The position numbers were made by a program, and so were the translations under genes. A stretch of 64,000 bases of DNA from Spirochaetia bacterium (lineage in GTDB: Bacteria > Spirochaetota > Spirochaetia > SZUA-6 > Bin103): NCBI GenBank assembly GCA_965203515.1, contig OZ241907.1:1600001-1664000 (forward strand), written 5' to 3'. Shown here one piece after another: positions 43,437 to 52,637 of this stretch; within the stretch, counting starts at the first letter, position 1, and each line of letters begins with the position of its first letter. The notes under the pieces were generated by a model, which ran no database searches, was not told the DNA's origin, and saw only the letters and a list, made by a program, of their open reading frames with translations.

Positions 43437-44402
43437 TCAGGGGATCAGGAGCAGCTTGCCGCTGGTGGCGCGGGACTGGATGTCGCGGTGCGCCCGGGCG
43501 GCGTCGCGCAGCGGATACCGCTTGTGGATGCGCACGTCCAGCTCGCCCGCCGCCATCCAGCCGAACAGGTCGCCGGCGCGCGCCTGCAGCTCGCCTTCAT
43601 CCCGGATGTAGTGGGCGAGCGTGGGCCGCGTAAGGAACAGCGACCCCTCGTTCAGCAGGCGCGGGTCGAACGAAGTCACCGGGCCGCTGGAGTTGCCGTA
43701 CAGCGCCAGACAGCCGCGCGGCGCCAGGCAGGCCAGGCTCTGCCGGTAGGTGGCCGCCGCCACCGAGTCGTAGGCGACCTGCACGCCGCGGCCGCCGGTC
43801 AGCCGCATCACCTCGTCCTCGAAGTCGACCCGGTCGTAGCGGATCACCTCGTCGCAGCCGGCTTTGCGGGCCAGCTCCGCCTTGGCGTCGGTCGACACGC
43901 AGCCGATCACGCGGGCGCCGCGGCGCCGGGCGATCTGCGCCAGCAGGAGCCCCACGCCGCCGGCGGCGGCCAGCACCAGACAGGTCGACGCCGACGACAG
44001 CGGATAGGTGGAGCAGGCCAGGTAATGGGCGGTCAGCCCCTGCAGGAACGCCGCGCCGGCCAGCTCGGTGTCGATCCCGTCGGGGATCGGCGCCGCCTTG
44101 TCGGCCGGCACCAGCGCCTGCTCGGCGTAGGCGCCGGGAGTCATGGCGTAGACCACCCGATCCCCGACCGCCAACCGGTCGACCCCGTCGCCGACCGCGT
44201 CGACCACGCCGGCGCCCTCCACGCCCGGCGTGAACGGCATCTCCATCGGGTAGAGGCCGCTGCGGTGATAGGTGTCGATGTAGTTGACGCCCGCCGCCTC
44301 GATCCGCACCCGTACCTGGCCGGCGGCCGGCTCGCCCAGGTCGGCGTCCCGACAGACGAGCACCTCCGGCCCGCCGCTCTGCTCGATCACGATCGCTTTC
44401 AT
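43437..44402 (-). CDS. qor: NADPH:quinone oxidoreductase
   Basis: GVNYID, AAAGGVG, GSLFLTRP. Confidence 0.9.
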   Translation of the reverse strand: MKAIVIEQSGGPEVLVCRDADLGEPAAGQVRVRIEAAGVNYIDTYHRSGLYPMEMPFTPGVEGAGVVDAVGDGVDRLAVGDRVVYAMTPGAYAEQALVPADKAAPIPDGIDTELAGAAFLQGLTAHYLACSTYPLSSASTCLVLAAAGGVGLLLAQIARRRGARVIGCVSTDAKAELARKAGCDEVIRYDRVDFEDEVMRLTGGRGVQVAYDSVAAATYRQSLACLAPRGCLALYGNSSGPVTSFDPRLLNEGSLFLTRPTLAHYIRDEGELQARAGDLFGWMAAGELDVRIHKRYPLRDAARAHRDIQSRATSGKLLLIP

Positions 44403-44411
44403 GGCGCGATT

Positions 44412-45296
44412 CTATCGCGCGGCGCCGAACGACAGATCGATGCCGGTGTAGCCGTCCACGTAGCGCTTGTGGCGCTCGGGCAGCGCCTCCACGAACGCGC
44501 GCGCCGGCGCCGGCAGCTCCCACGGCGCGTCGATCACGTCGCTCTGCTTGCGGAAGCCGACGCCGCAGGAGAGCCGCGTGCGCTCCTCCCGATTGGGGAA
44601 CGCGCCGTGGAAGGTGCGGTCGGCGAACAGGATGCAGTCGCCCGGATCGGTGAACAGCGGCACCAGGCCGGGGATGTCGAAGCCGTCGTAGCGTTCCTCG
44701 TCGGCCGTGCCTTCCGGAACGAACGAATACCGGTCGGCGGTGAGCCGGAACCCCTCGGGGCCGGTCCAGTCGGCGCGGTTGGAGTCCTCGATCACGCACA
44801 GGCCGCCGTGCGTGGGGCGCGAACCGGTGAGGTAGAACCAGATGCCCGACGGCCAGGAGCCGCGGTTGAGGACCTCGCCCGCGTTGCGCGGCGCATCGTC
44901 GGTCTGCCCGCGCCAGTCGGTATGCCACCCCACCGGCGCCGAACCGGGGCGGCGGATGATCGCCGCCGAGCGGTTGATGCAGATCGCGCCGGTGCCGAGC
45001 AGCGCGCGCGGCAGGTCCATGAAGCGCTGATGGTCGAGCAACTGCCACGCCTCCGTCGCCTCGTCGAACCAGGCGTGACGGGTGCGGCTTTCGCCCGGTC
45101 CGAGCGCGCGGTCGGGGTCCGTCACCCGCCAGACTTCGCTGCGCAGCACCTCGACCATGGCGGGGGACAACACCTCCTTGGCGACGCAGAACCCGTGCTC
45201 GGCGGTGCAGGCGACGATGCGGTCCAGCCGCTCGGCGTCGAACTCGTAATCGTAGCCCAGCCTGGGCTTGCGGATATCGGCAGCCTCGGTCGTCAT
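44412..45296 (-). CDS. PhyH-family dioxygenase
   Basis: WHTD, PGD, FHGA..N...R. Confidence 0.8.
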   Translation of the reverse strand: MTTEAADIRKPRLGYDYEFDAERLDRIVACTAEHGFCVAKEVLSPAMVEVLRSEVWRVTDPDRALGPGESRTRHAWFDEATEAWQLLDHQRFMDLPRALLGTGAICINRSAAIIRRPGSAPVGWHTDWRGQTDDAPRNAGEVLNRGSWPSGIWFYLTGSRPTHGGLCVIEDSNRADWTGPEGFRLTADRYSFVPEGTADEERYDGFDIPGLVPLFTDPGDCILFADRTFHGAFPNREERTRLSCGVGFRKQSDVIDAPWELPAPARAFVEALPERHKRYVDGYTGIDLSFGAAR

Positions 45297-45312
45297 CGGT
45301 CCATCATAGAGC

Positions 45313-46224
45313 TTATGCGGTCAACGCGGCGCGCGGTACGGCGGCGACCACCGAATAGTTGGGGTCGCACACGTTGCCGACCCGCAGCTCCAGGGTCTGC
45401 GTAATCCAGATCAGGGCGTCGGTGGCGTCCATGCCGTAGTCGGCGGCCACCCACTCGACCAGCTCGGTCGCGGCGATGCGGGTAGCGTCCTCCAGCGGGC
45501 GGGCGCTGCCGATCACCATCAGGTGCGTGTCGTTGGTGACGCGCGGCCAGCCGATCGCCTGCCGCTTGACGACCTCGAACCGGCAGATCAGGTTGACCGG
45601 CACCTCGCAGGCGACGCCGCCGATCTCGCCATGGCCCTGCGTGGCGTGGCCGTCGCCGCAGAAGAACAGGGCGCCGTCGTTGCGCACCGGCAGGTGCAGG
45701 GTGTTGCCCGCGCAGGTCTCCGGGCAGTCCATGTTGCCGCCGTAGCTCGACGGGGTCAGGGCGTTGATCGCCTCCAGCTTCGGGGCGGTGCCGATGGTGC
45801 CCATGAACGGCGACAGCGGCCGGCTGAGCCGGCCGAACCAGACGCGGCCGTCGCGGATCGGGACCTTGCGGACCACCTCCGGCAGGGCGTCGGTGAGCAT
45901 GGCGGTGGCGGCGGTGCCGGTGAGCAGGCCGAAGCGCGGCACCAGACCGGTCACCGCCCAGTCGCGGGTGATCTCGATGTCGTCGATGTGGACCAGCAGG
46001 GTATCGCCCTCCTCGGCGCCTTCGACGTAGACGGGGCCGGTCTGCGGATTGAGATACGGGTACTGGCAGACGTCGGCGTAGCGCTGGGACTCGTCGACCA
46101 GACGGTTCTCGAAGCAGTCGACGCAGTGGATGCGCACCTGCCGGCCCGGCGGTACGCGGGCGACGGCCGCGTGGTCGGCGGAATAGGTGTAGCGGTACGG
46201 GCCCGGCTGGCGGACTTCGATCAC
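45313..46224 (-). CDS. Acetamidase/formamidase family protein
   Basis: NPQTGP, GGNMD, GDGHATQGHGE. Confidence 0.9.
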   Translation of the reverse strand: MIEVRQPGPYRYTYSADHAAVARVPPGRQVRIHCVDCFENRLVDESQRYADVCQYPYLNPQTGPVYVEGAEEGDTLLVHIDDIEITRDWAVTGLVPRFGLLTGTAATAMLTDALPEVVRKVPIRDGRVWFGRLSRPLSPFMGTIGTAPKLEAINALTPSSYGGNMDCPETCAGNTLHLPVRNDGALFFCGDGHATQGHGEIGGVACEVPVNLICRFEVVKRQAIGWPRVTNDTHLMVIGSARPLEDATRIAATELVEWVAADYGMDATDALIWITQTLELRVGNVCDPNYSVVAAVPRAALTA

Positions 46225-46270
46225 GGCGCCACGATAGCACGCCGGCGCGTCCCCGGCGGCGGCCGATCGT

Positions 46271-47155
46271 TCAGACGCGCAGCAGCGGTTGCAGGTCGGC
46301 GAGGACCTGGTCGAGCTCGCGGCGGTCCTCGGCGTCGAGCCGGACGCCCGGAACGCGGGTCGCCGTGGAGCCGAACACGCCGCGGCGCGCCAGCACCTCC
46401 TTGCAGACGGCGAGGCCGAGCAGGCAGGCCAGGTTGATCAGCGGCAGCAGCCGGTTGAACAGCTCGCGCGCCCGCGCTTCGTCGCCGGCGCGCCACGCAT
46501 CCCAGACCTGCACGTGCACGTCGGTCATCTCCGTGGCCGGCATGAAGCCGGCCGCCCCGCGGCGCAGCTCCGACAGCATCCAGCGCCCGTGCGCGCCGCC
46601 GAACACACCGCCGCACGCGGCCCCGCACCGCGCGACCAGCGCGCCGACCCGGTGAGCGCTCGGATCGCTCTCCTCCTTGACGTACGCCACGTGCGGTATC
46701 CCCAGCAGCCGCTCCAGGAACGCGGCGTCCATGCCGCCGTCCGAGTGCTGGATGAAGACCGGCCGGCCGGCCGCCTCCGCGATCGCGCGATAGTAGCCCT
46801 CCAGCTCGTCCGCGCCGGGCCGGTCGGGATACGGCGGCAGCGCGATCACGGCGTCCGCCCCGCAACCGGCCGCGTGCCGGGCATGCTCGGCCGCCGCCCG
46901 CGGCGTCGGCGCGGCGACGCCCGCCACCACCGGCGCGCGGCCGCCGGCCTGCCGCACGACCACCTCCACCGCGGCGCGCCGCTCGGCGTCCGACAGGTAC
47001 TGGAACTCGCTGGCCAGCACCGGGAACACCAACCCATGAGCGCCGGCCGCCACGCCGAAGTCCACCTCCCGCCGCAACGCATCCGCATCGATCGAACCGT
47101 CGTCGGCGAACGGCGTCAGCACCACCGGAAAGATGCCGCGCAACGGCCCGCTCAC
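46271..47155 (-). CDS. DapA-family protein
   Basis: TPF, LASE, YVKEE. Confidence 0.85.
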   Translation of the reverse strand: MSGPLRGIFPVVLTPFADDGSIDADALRREVDFGVAAGAHGLVFPVLASEFQYLSDAERRAAVEVVVRQAGGRAPVVAGVAAPTPRAAAEHARHAAGCGADAVIALPPYPDRPGADELEGYYRAIAEAAGRPVFIQHSDGGMDAAFLERLLGIPHVAYVKEESDPSAHRVGALVARCGAACGGVFGGAHGRWMLSELRRGAAGFMPATEMTDVHVQVWDAWRAGDEARARELFNRLLPLINLACLLGLAVCKEVLARRGVFGSTATRVPGVRLDAEDRRELDQVLADLQPLLRV

Positions 47156-48324
47156 GCCGATCCTCCGTCACCGCCGCGGCGGTGCTCCCGTATGTAGTCC
47201 CAGTCGATCCGGTATCCCATGCCCGGCTGCATCGGCACGCGCACGCAGCCGTCGGCGTCGAGCGGGTCGCACAGTTCCTGCAGGTACGGCTCCGGCGTCT
47301 CGTAATCGATGCCCGGCGCCAGCAGACCGCGCTCGTAGTAGCGGCAGGTATCCTCGCTGGTGGCGCCCAGCACCTGCAGGTTGCCGAAGCCGGCCATGTG
47401 GATCTCCAGGCGCACGCCGAACGCCTCGCAGACCGCGGCGGTCTTCAGGCAACCGGTCACGCCGCCGCGCAGCACGTCGATGCGGCTCATGTCGGCGGCC
47501 CCGCGCCGTATCCATTCGGCCCGCGTGTAGAGGCTGCCGGCCGCGATCTCCGGCGCCAGAATCGGGATCGCCAGCTCCGCCGACAGCTTCTCATACGCCG
47601 CCACCTGATACTCGTTCAGCGGGTGCTCGTACCAGACGAACCCCAACTCCTCCAGCCGCCGCCCGACCCAGACCGCCTCTTCGTACGTCCGGTACGTGCC
47701 CCACACGTCGAAGCTCAGTTCCATTTCCGGCCCTACCGCGTCGCGGACCGCCCGGCACGCGGCTACGTCATGCTCGACGTGCGACGGGCGGCCGGGATCG
47801 GGCCGGCCGGTCGCCGGGTCCCAGAAGTAGTAGGGGTGTATCTTGTAGTGGCGGTAGCCCTGCCGCTTGCAGGCGGCCGCGTGCTGCGCGTACACCTCCG
47901 GCGGCCCCAGGTTCGGGAAGGTGCTGGCGTAGGCGCGGACGCGGTCCCGGCAGCCGCCGGCCAGCTTGCAGACCGGGACGCCGAGCGTCCGCCCCTGCAG
48001 GTCCCAGAGCGCGTTGTCCAGCACGCTGATCAGGTGCTCGGGCAAATTGGCCACCCACAGCCAGCGCCAGAACTTCTCCCGATCGAACGGGTCGTGGCCG
48101 ACCACCAGATCGCGGATGCGACCGGTCAGCAGTTGGCGGTCGGCGGCGTTCAGGCCGATCTGGTCGCCATGGCCGCCGCCGCCGAAGTAGCAGCCTTCGG
48201 CTCCCTGGTCGGTGACCACGCGGGTCACCGTCTGCAGCGTATCGGCCGGCGGGCGCACCTCCGCGTCGTGGAACCCCCGCCGCCGAACGGTGAAGGGAAT
48301 CACCTGCACGTCGCTGATCTTCAT
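47152..48324 (-). CDS. Mandelate racemase/enolase-superfamily enzyme
   Basis: DNALWDL, KIH, D/E/E metal ligands, EIH. Confidence 0.88.
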   Translation of the reverse strand: MKISDVQVIPFTVRRRGFHDAEVRPPADTLQTVTRVVTDQGAEGCYFGGGGHGDQIGLNAADRQLLTGRIRDLVVGHDPFDREKFWRWLWVANLPEHLISVLDNALWDLQGRTLGVPVCKLAGGCRDRVRAYASTFPNLGPPEVYAQHAAACKRQGYRHYKIHPYYFWDPATGRPDPGRPSHVEHDVAACRAVRDAVGPEMELSFDVWGTYRTYEEAVWVGRRLEELGFVWYEHPLNEYQVAAYEKLSAELAIPILAPEIAAGSLYTRAEWIRRGAADMSRIDVLRGGVTGCLKTAAVCEAFGVRLEIHMAGFGNLQVLGATSEDTCRYYERGLLAPGIDYETPEPYLQELCDPLDADGCVRVPMQPGMGYRIDWDYIREHRRGGDGGSA

Positions 48325-48346
48325 CCGATACGCTCGGCCCGGCGTA

Positions 48347-48420
48347 TGGGCGATACTGGACTCGAACCAGTGACCCCTAGCATGTCAAGCTAGTACTCTA
48401 GCCATCTGAGCTAATCGCCC
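48347..48420 (-). tRNA. tRNA-Val(GAC)
   Basis: GGGCGAT/ATCGCCC acceptor, CTAGC-TT-GAC-AT-GCTAG arm, GTTCGA. Confidence 0.95.
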
Positions 48421-48454
48421 CAGGATGGAACCTTCCGCGTGCGGCGCGGCGCTG

Positions 48455-48745
48455 TCAAGCGCCCCACGCGATCGCGTCGATCGCCGACGCCAAGTCCACG
48501 TCCAGCCGCGTGATGCGATCCCCGACGTCGTGCGTGCTGAGGCGGATGCGGACCGTGCCGTACACGTTCCATATCTCGGGGTGGTGGTTGGCCGCTTCGG
48601 CGGCGAAGGCGATGCGGACGATGAAGGAGACCGCCTCACGGAAGCTCCCGAACCGGAACTCCCGCTGCAGGGCGTCCCCGTCCCGGCTCCAGCCGTCCAG
48701 GCTCGCTACGGCCTCCCGGATCTGATCGTCGGAGAGGGCTGCCAT
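48455..48745 (-). CDS. phhB: Pterin-4a-carbinolamine dehydratase
   Basis: NHHPE, THD, D..LA motifs. Confidence 0.9.
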   Translation of the reverse strand: MAALSDDQIREAVASLDGWSRDGDALQREFRFGSFREAVSFIVRIAFAAEAANHHPEIWNVYGTVRIRLSTHDVGDRITRLDVDLASAIDAIAWGA

Positions 48746-48873
48746 CGGCACAGCCTACCCGCCGCCCGCCCCGCCCGTCCACCGGCCCTGGCCCTCCGGG
48801 ACCGACTTGACCCGCGTGCCGGGATGTGGTACAAGTGGATCGGCGTTGGGCGGCGCGCCGCCCAACGCCCCGA

Positions 48874-48946
48874 TCCCCTGTAGCTCAGTTGGTAGAGCGG
48901 ATGGCTGTTAACCATCATGTCGCATGTTCGAGTCATGCCGGGGGAG
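48874..48946 (+). tRNA. tRNA-Asn(GTT)
   Basis: TCCCCTG/CGGGGGA acceptor, GATGG-CT-GTT-AA-CCATC arm, GTTCGA. Confidence 0.95.
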
Positions 48947-49333
48947 CTACCACCGGAGGCGCAACCTGACGCGCGTTACGGCAATGCACCTGCTCCCCAT
49001 CGACCGCACCGTTCGGAGGCCATGGCATGGATCGGATTCCCACGACGATCTGGGGTGCGGGCTACCCTGTGAAGATAGGGCATGAGAAGAGGAGAGAATG
49101 ACCTGCTGTATGTCGACAAGGACGGACTGGTGCACTTTCCGCCGTCTTGGACCGAGCAGGCGAAAGAGAACTGGTTCGCTAACCTGCGGGACAAGAATGA
49201 AGATGAGACGCCGCCAGGTATGCCGACCGTCTACATCACCGGCATCTATGGCGCCTCGGGGAACGTCCCACGGGTCGACTCCGAATGGGATGGTTCACTT
49301 CCCGCCGGACTGGACAGAGGAAGCCAAGGCAGC

Positions 49334-49798
49334 ATGGCTCACATAAACCGCCGTCCGGTCTGGTTCGTCGGGGCCAAGTGGCACGACCACGAGCCGCCGG
49401 ATCAGACCGAACGTTTCCTGGCGGAAGGAGTATGGGAAGGATACGCCGATCAGCACCTCGATGACGTCAAGTCGGTCCAGCGCGGCGACAGGATCGTCAT
49501 CAAATCGACGTACACCCGGAAGCACGGGTTGCCGTTCGACAATCGTGGAAAACCGGTCTCGACAATGATGATCAAGGCCGTCGGCGAAGTCACGGAGAAC
49601 CCCCGCGATGGCCGTCGATTGAAGGTGACCTGGAAGCCGGTGCTCCCCCCGCGGGAGTGGTACTTCTACACCTATCGCAGGACGGTCTGGAAAGTGCAGC
49701 GCTCGTCGGAAGCATCGTCGAAAGCAGACGCGCTGATCCGGTTCGCGCTCGACGGAGAGGAGCAGGACTTCGAGACCTTCCTGAAAGCGCCATGCTAG
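49334..49798 (+). CDS. Putative McrB N-terminal DNA-recognition module, separated from the GTPase ORF
   Basis: WFVGA..GVWE..GDRIVIKS (PUA/EVE-like by resemblance); overlaps the next ORF by 7 nt; frame open from 49082. Confidence 0.6.
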   Translation: MAHINRRPVWFVGAKWHDHEPPDQTERFLAEGVWEGYADQHLDDVKSVQRGDRIVIKSTYTRKHGLPFDNRGKPVSTMMIKAVGEVTENPRDGRRLKVTWKPVLPPREWYFYTYRRTVWKVQRSSEASSKADALIRFALDGEEQDFETFLKAPC

Positions 49799-51474
49799 GG
49801 GTACAGGCATCGGTTGAATGGGCCGCGTTCTTCTCCGATATGGCTGACAATCTGCTGCAATACCGGGACCACCGCGAGGCGTTAATCACTAAGGTGATCG
49901 CCATTTCCCGGAGTCTGGGAATGGCGTCTAGTGACAAGTTCGCGGGTGACACTGAGGGAGACATCCAGGATATCTGCCCGTTTTCTACATTCGGATGCTT
50001 CAACAGATCCAATCAGGCGGATCCCAAACGGATGACCTTCGCCGAAGAGCTTGCGAGCTTTCTGCAAGTGCGAAGGCCGGTGCCAACGTTGAACTCGAAC
50101 GAAGATGGTATCCCGTCACTCGATCCGAAAAGGCTCTGGGTCTTCCCTTTCGAAAAGGATCGGAACCGAGACGACATCGACTCTTTATGGGCACTCTTCG
50201 TGGACGCCATCAAACTCGCCGATGCGGGTGATGGAGATGATGACAACGTCCGCTCGGCATTCGTACGGTCTTACGACAAGATATGTCCACGAAAGGGCAA
50301 AGGTGTCATCAAGGGCGTCGGCACCACTACACTTACCATCGGACTCTACTGGATACGTCCATATATATTTCCGCCTTTGGATAAGCACTCGATCAAGTAC
50401 ATAAAAGAGACCCTCGGGGAACATGTACCGGAGGAGCCGAAGGCCCAAGACTACCTAGGACTCAGGGACAGACTACTGGAACGGTTCGATAATCCGGATG
50501 CTCCGGTCCACTCGTTCCCGGAGTTGACGCGGTCAGCGTATAACCGAAGCGACTCCAACGGTGACGACCCCGGTCCAGAGCCGCCGCCCGCCGGGTACAC
50601 CATCGACCATATTCTCGCCGATGGCTGCTTCCTTTCACGGGAGTCGCTCGAGAAAGTGATTGGCCGGCTGCGGACTCGGAAGAACCTGATTCTGCAGGGA
50701 CCGCCGGGGACGGGCAAGACCTGGTTGGCCAAGAGATTGGCGTTCGCCTTGCTCGGCCGCAAGGATGAGGGCCGAATCCGCCATCTCCAATTTCACCCCA
50801 ACCTGTCATACGAGGACTTCGTGCGCGGCCATCGTCCCGTCGAAGGACGACTGGAGCTGACCGACGGGCCGTTCCTGAAGATCACGCAGGAAGCGCGGAA
50901 CGATCCCGACCACGCCTACGTTGTCGTCATCGAGGAGATCAATCGCGGGAACCCGGCGCAGATCTTCGGAGAGGTGCTCACGTTGTTGGAGGCCGACAAG
51001 CGGACGCCGGACGAGGCGCTGGCGCTCGCCTTTCCCCGTGCTGAGGACGAGCGGGTCCACGTTCCGCCAAACGTCTATCTGATCGGCACCATGAACGTCG
51101 CCGACCGGTCGCTGGCCCTGGTCGATCTGGCGCTGCGCCGCCGGTTCGCGTTCGTCGATCTGGAGCCGGTCTTCGGCGTGTCGTGGCGCCGGTGGATGCG
51201 GGATCATGGAGGACTTGCCGACGCCTTCCTGCGGAGGATCGAGCAACGCATGATCGCTCTGAACGAGGAGATATCCGCCGATCACGGTCTCGGCAGGCAG
51301 TTCCGGGTGGGCCACAGCTATCTTACGGTGCCGCCGGAGACCCGCATCGCCAACCGGGAAGCGTGGTACCGCGAGGTGGTCGAAACGGAGATCGGGCCGC
51401 TGCTCCGCGAATACTGGTTCGACCAGCCCGACAAGGCCGATGCTCAGGAGAAGCACCTGCTCACGGACTTCTGA
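49792..51474 (+). CDS. mcrB: McrB-family AAA+ GTPase
   Basis: GPPGTGKT, QFHPNLSYEDF, EEINRG, MNVADRS (NxxD), ALRRRF. Confidence 0.92.
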   Translation: MLGVQASVEWAAFFSDMADNLLQYRDHREALITKVIAISRSLGMASSDKFAGDTEGDIQDICPFSTFGCFNRSNQADPKRMTFAEELASFLQVRRPVPTLNSNEDGIPSLDPKRLWVFPFEKDRNRDDIDSLWALFVDAIKLADAGDGDDDNVRSAFVRSYDKICPRKGKGVIKGVGTTTLTIGLYWIRPYIFPPLDKHSIKYIKETLGEHVPEEPKAQDYLGLRDRLLERFDNPDAPVHSFPELTRSAYNRSDSNGDDPGPEPPPAGYTIDHILADGCFLSRESLEKVIGRLRTRKNLILQGPPGTGKTWLAKRLAFALLGRKDEGRIRHLQFHPNLSYEDFVRGHRPVEGRLELTDGPFLKITQEARNDPDHAYVVVIEEINRGNPAQIFGEVLTLLEADKRTPDEALALAFPRAEDERVHVPPNVYLIGTMNVADRSLALVDLALRRRFAFVDLEPVFGVSWRRWMRDHGGLADAFLRRIEQRMIALNEEISADHGLGRQFRVGHSYLTVPPETRIANREAWYREVVETEIGPLLREYWFDQPDKADAQEKHLLTDF

Positions 51475-52631
51475 TGGCGCCCGACGGTACGGCGGCGGCG
51501 CGGCCCGCCGCGAGTGAGCCGGCGGTCGCCGCTGGCCGCGGCAACGTCGGCCGGATTCCGGTCCGCAACATCTGGCTGCTGATGCTGTACGCCTCCCGTC
51601 TCTACCGGGAGCTGCCGCCGGCGCGGCGGGTCGCCATTGAGGATAACCCGGATGAGCTCCCCGACTTGGTAGCGCAGCTCCTTACCCGTGCCGTCGAGCG
51701 GCGGCTGCGGCGCAACCTGAGCTTCGCGTTCCAGGAAACCAGCGCGGACCTGCGGCGGGTGCGCGGCCGCATCGACCTGCTGCGCACCGAACGGCGTCAC
51801 CTGCTGCGGCGGGGCCGAGTCGCTTGCCGGTACGAGGAACTGACGGTCGACACGCCGCGCAACCGGTACGTACGGGCCGCGGCGCAGAAGTTGGTCACGG
51901 TCGTCGGCGCGGCGCACCTCGTTTCCCGGTGCCGCGCCGCGGACGCCCGCCTGGAGGCCGCCGGCGTGAGCTCAGACCCGGCCCTGGCCAGCCCGCGGGG
52001 GCGGAGCGCCGCCGCCGAGTTGCGGGGACGCATGGACCCGGAGGACCGGACCATGATGGCCGCCGCCGAACTCGCCTTCAGCCTTGCGCTGCCAACCGAG
52101 ACCGCCGGCGGAACCTATCTGCGTTCGCCCGACCGCGATGAGGTCTGGGCGCGGCGGTTGTTCGAGGCGGCGGTGGGCGGCTTCTACCAGGTAGTGTTGG
52201 CGCCAAAGTGGAGCACGCAGACGGGGAGGCTGATGCGTTGGCAAGTGGACGGCAGCACCTCTCGACTGCGCGAGCTGCTGCCGTCGATGACGGCCGACAT
52301 AGTGCTCGAATCCCGCGACCGGCGAATCATCATCGACACCAAGTTCACGTCGATTGTGACCGCGGGTCACTACCGGCAGGCGACGCTCAGCAGCGAACAC
52401 CTCTACCAGCTCTACTCCTACGTGCGGTCTCAGGAGCGACCGGACGATCCGCGGTCGCTCGGCGCGACCGGAATGTTGCTGCACCCGTCAGTCCGGGAAG
52501 ACGTCTACGAAGCCGCGGTCATTCAGGGCCACGAAGTGCGCTTCGCCACCGTCGATCTCGCGGCCTGCAGCCGAACGATACGGGAACGGCTGCTGCAGGT
52601 GGTGGCCGGAAGCCTGTTCGACCGTGAGTGA
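51474..52631 (+). CDS. mcrC: McrC-family restriction nuclease subunit
   Basis: IPVRNIWLLMLYA, LFE, ADI..IIDTKF, LYQLYSY. Confidence 0.92.
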   Translation: MAPDGTAAARPAASEPAVAAGRGNVGRIPVRNIWLLMLYASRLYRELPPARRVAIEDNPDELPDLVAQLLTRAVERRLRRNLSFAFQETSADLRRVRGRIDLLRTERRHLLRRGRVACRYEELTVDTPRNRYVRAAAQKLVTVVGAAHLVSRCRAADARLEAAGVSSDPALASPRGRSAAAELRGRMDPEDRTMMAAAELAFSLALPTETAGGTYLRSPDRDEVWARRLFEAAVGGFYQVVLAPKWSTQTGRLMRWQVDGSTSRLRELLPSMTADIVLESRDRRIIIDTKFTSIVTAGHYRQATLSSEHLYQLYSYVRSQERPDDPRSLGATGMLLHPSVREDVYEAAVIQGHEVRFATVDLAACSRTIRERLLQVVAGSLFDRE

Positions 52632-52637
52632 CCTGAC

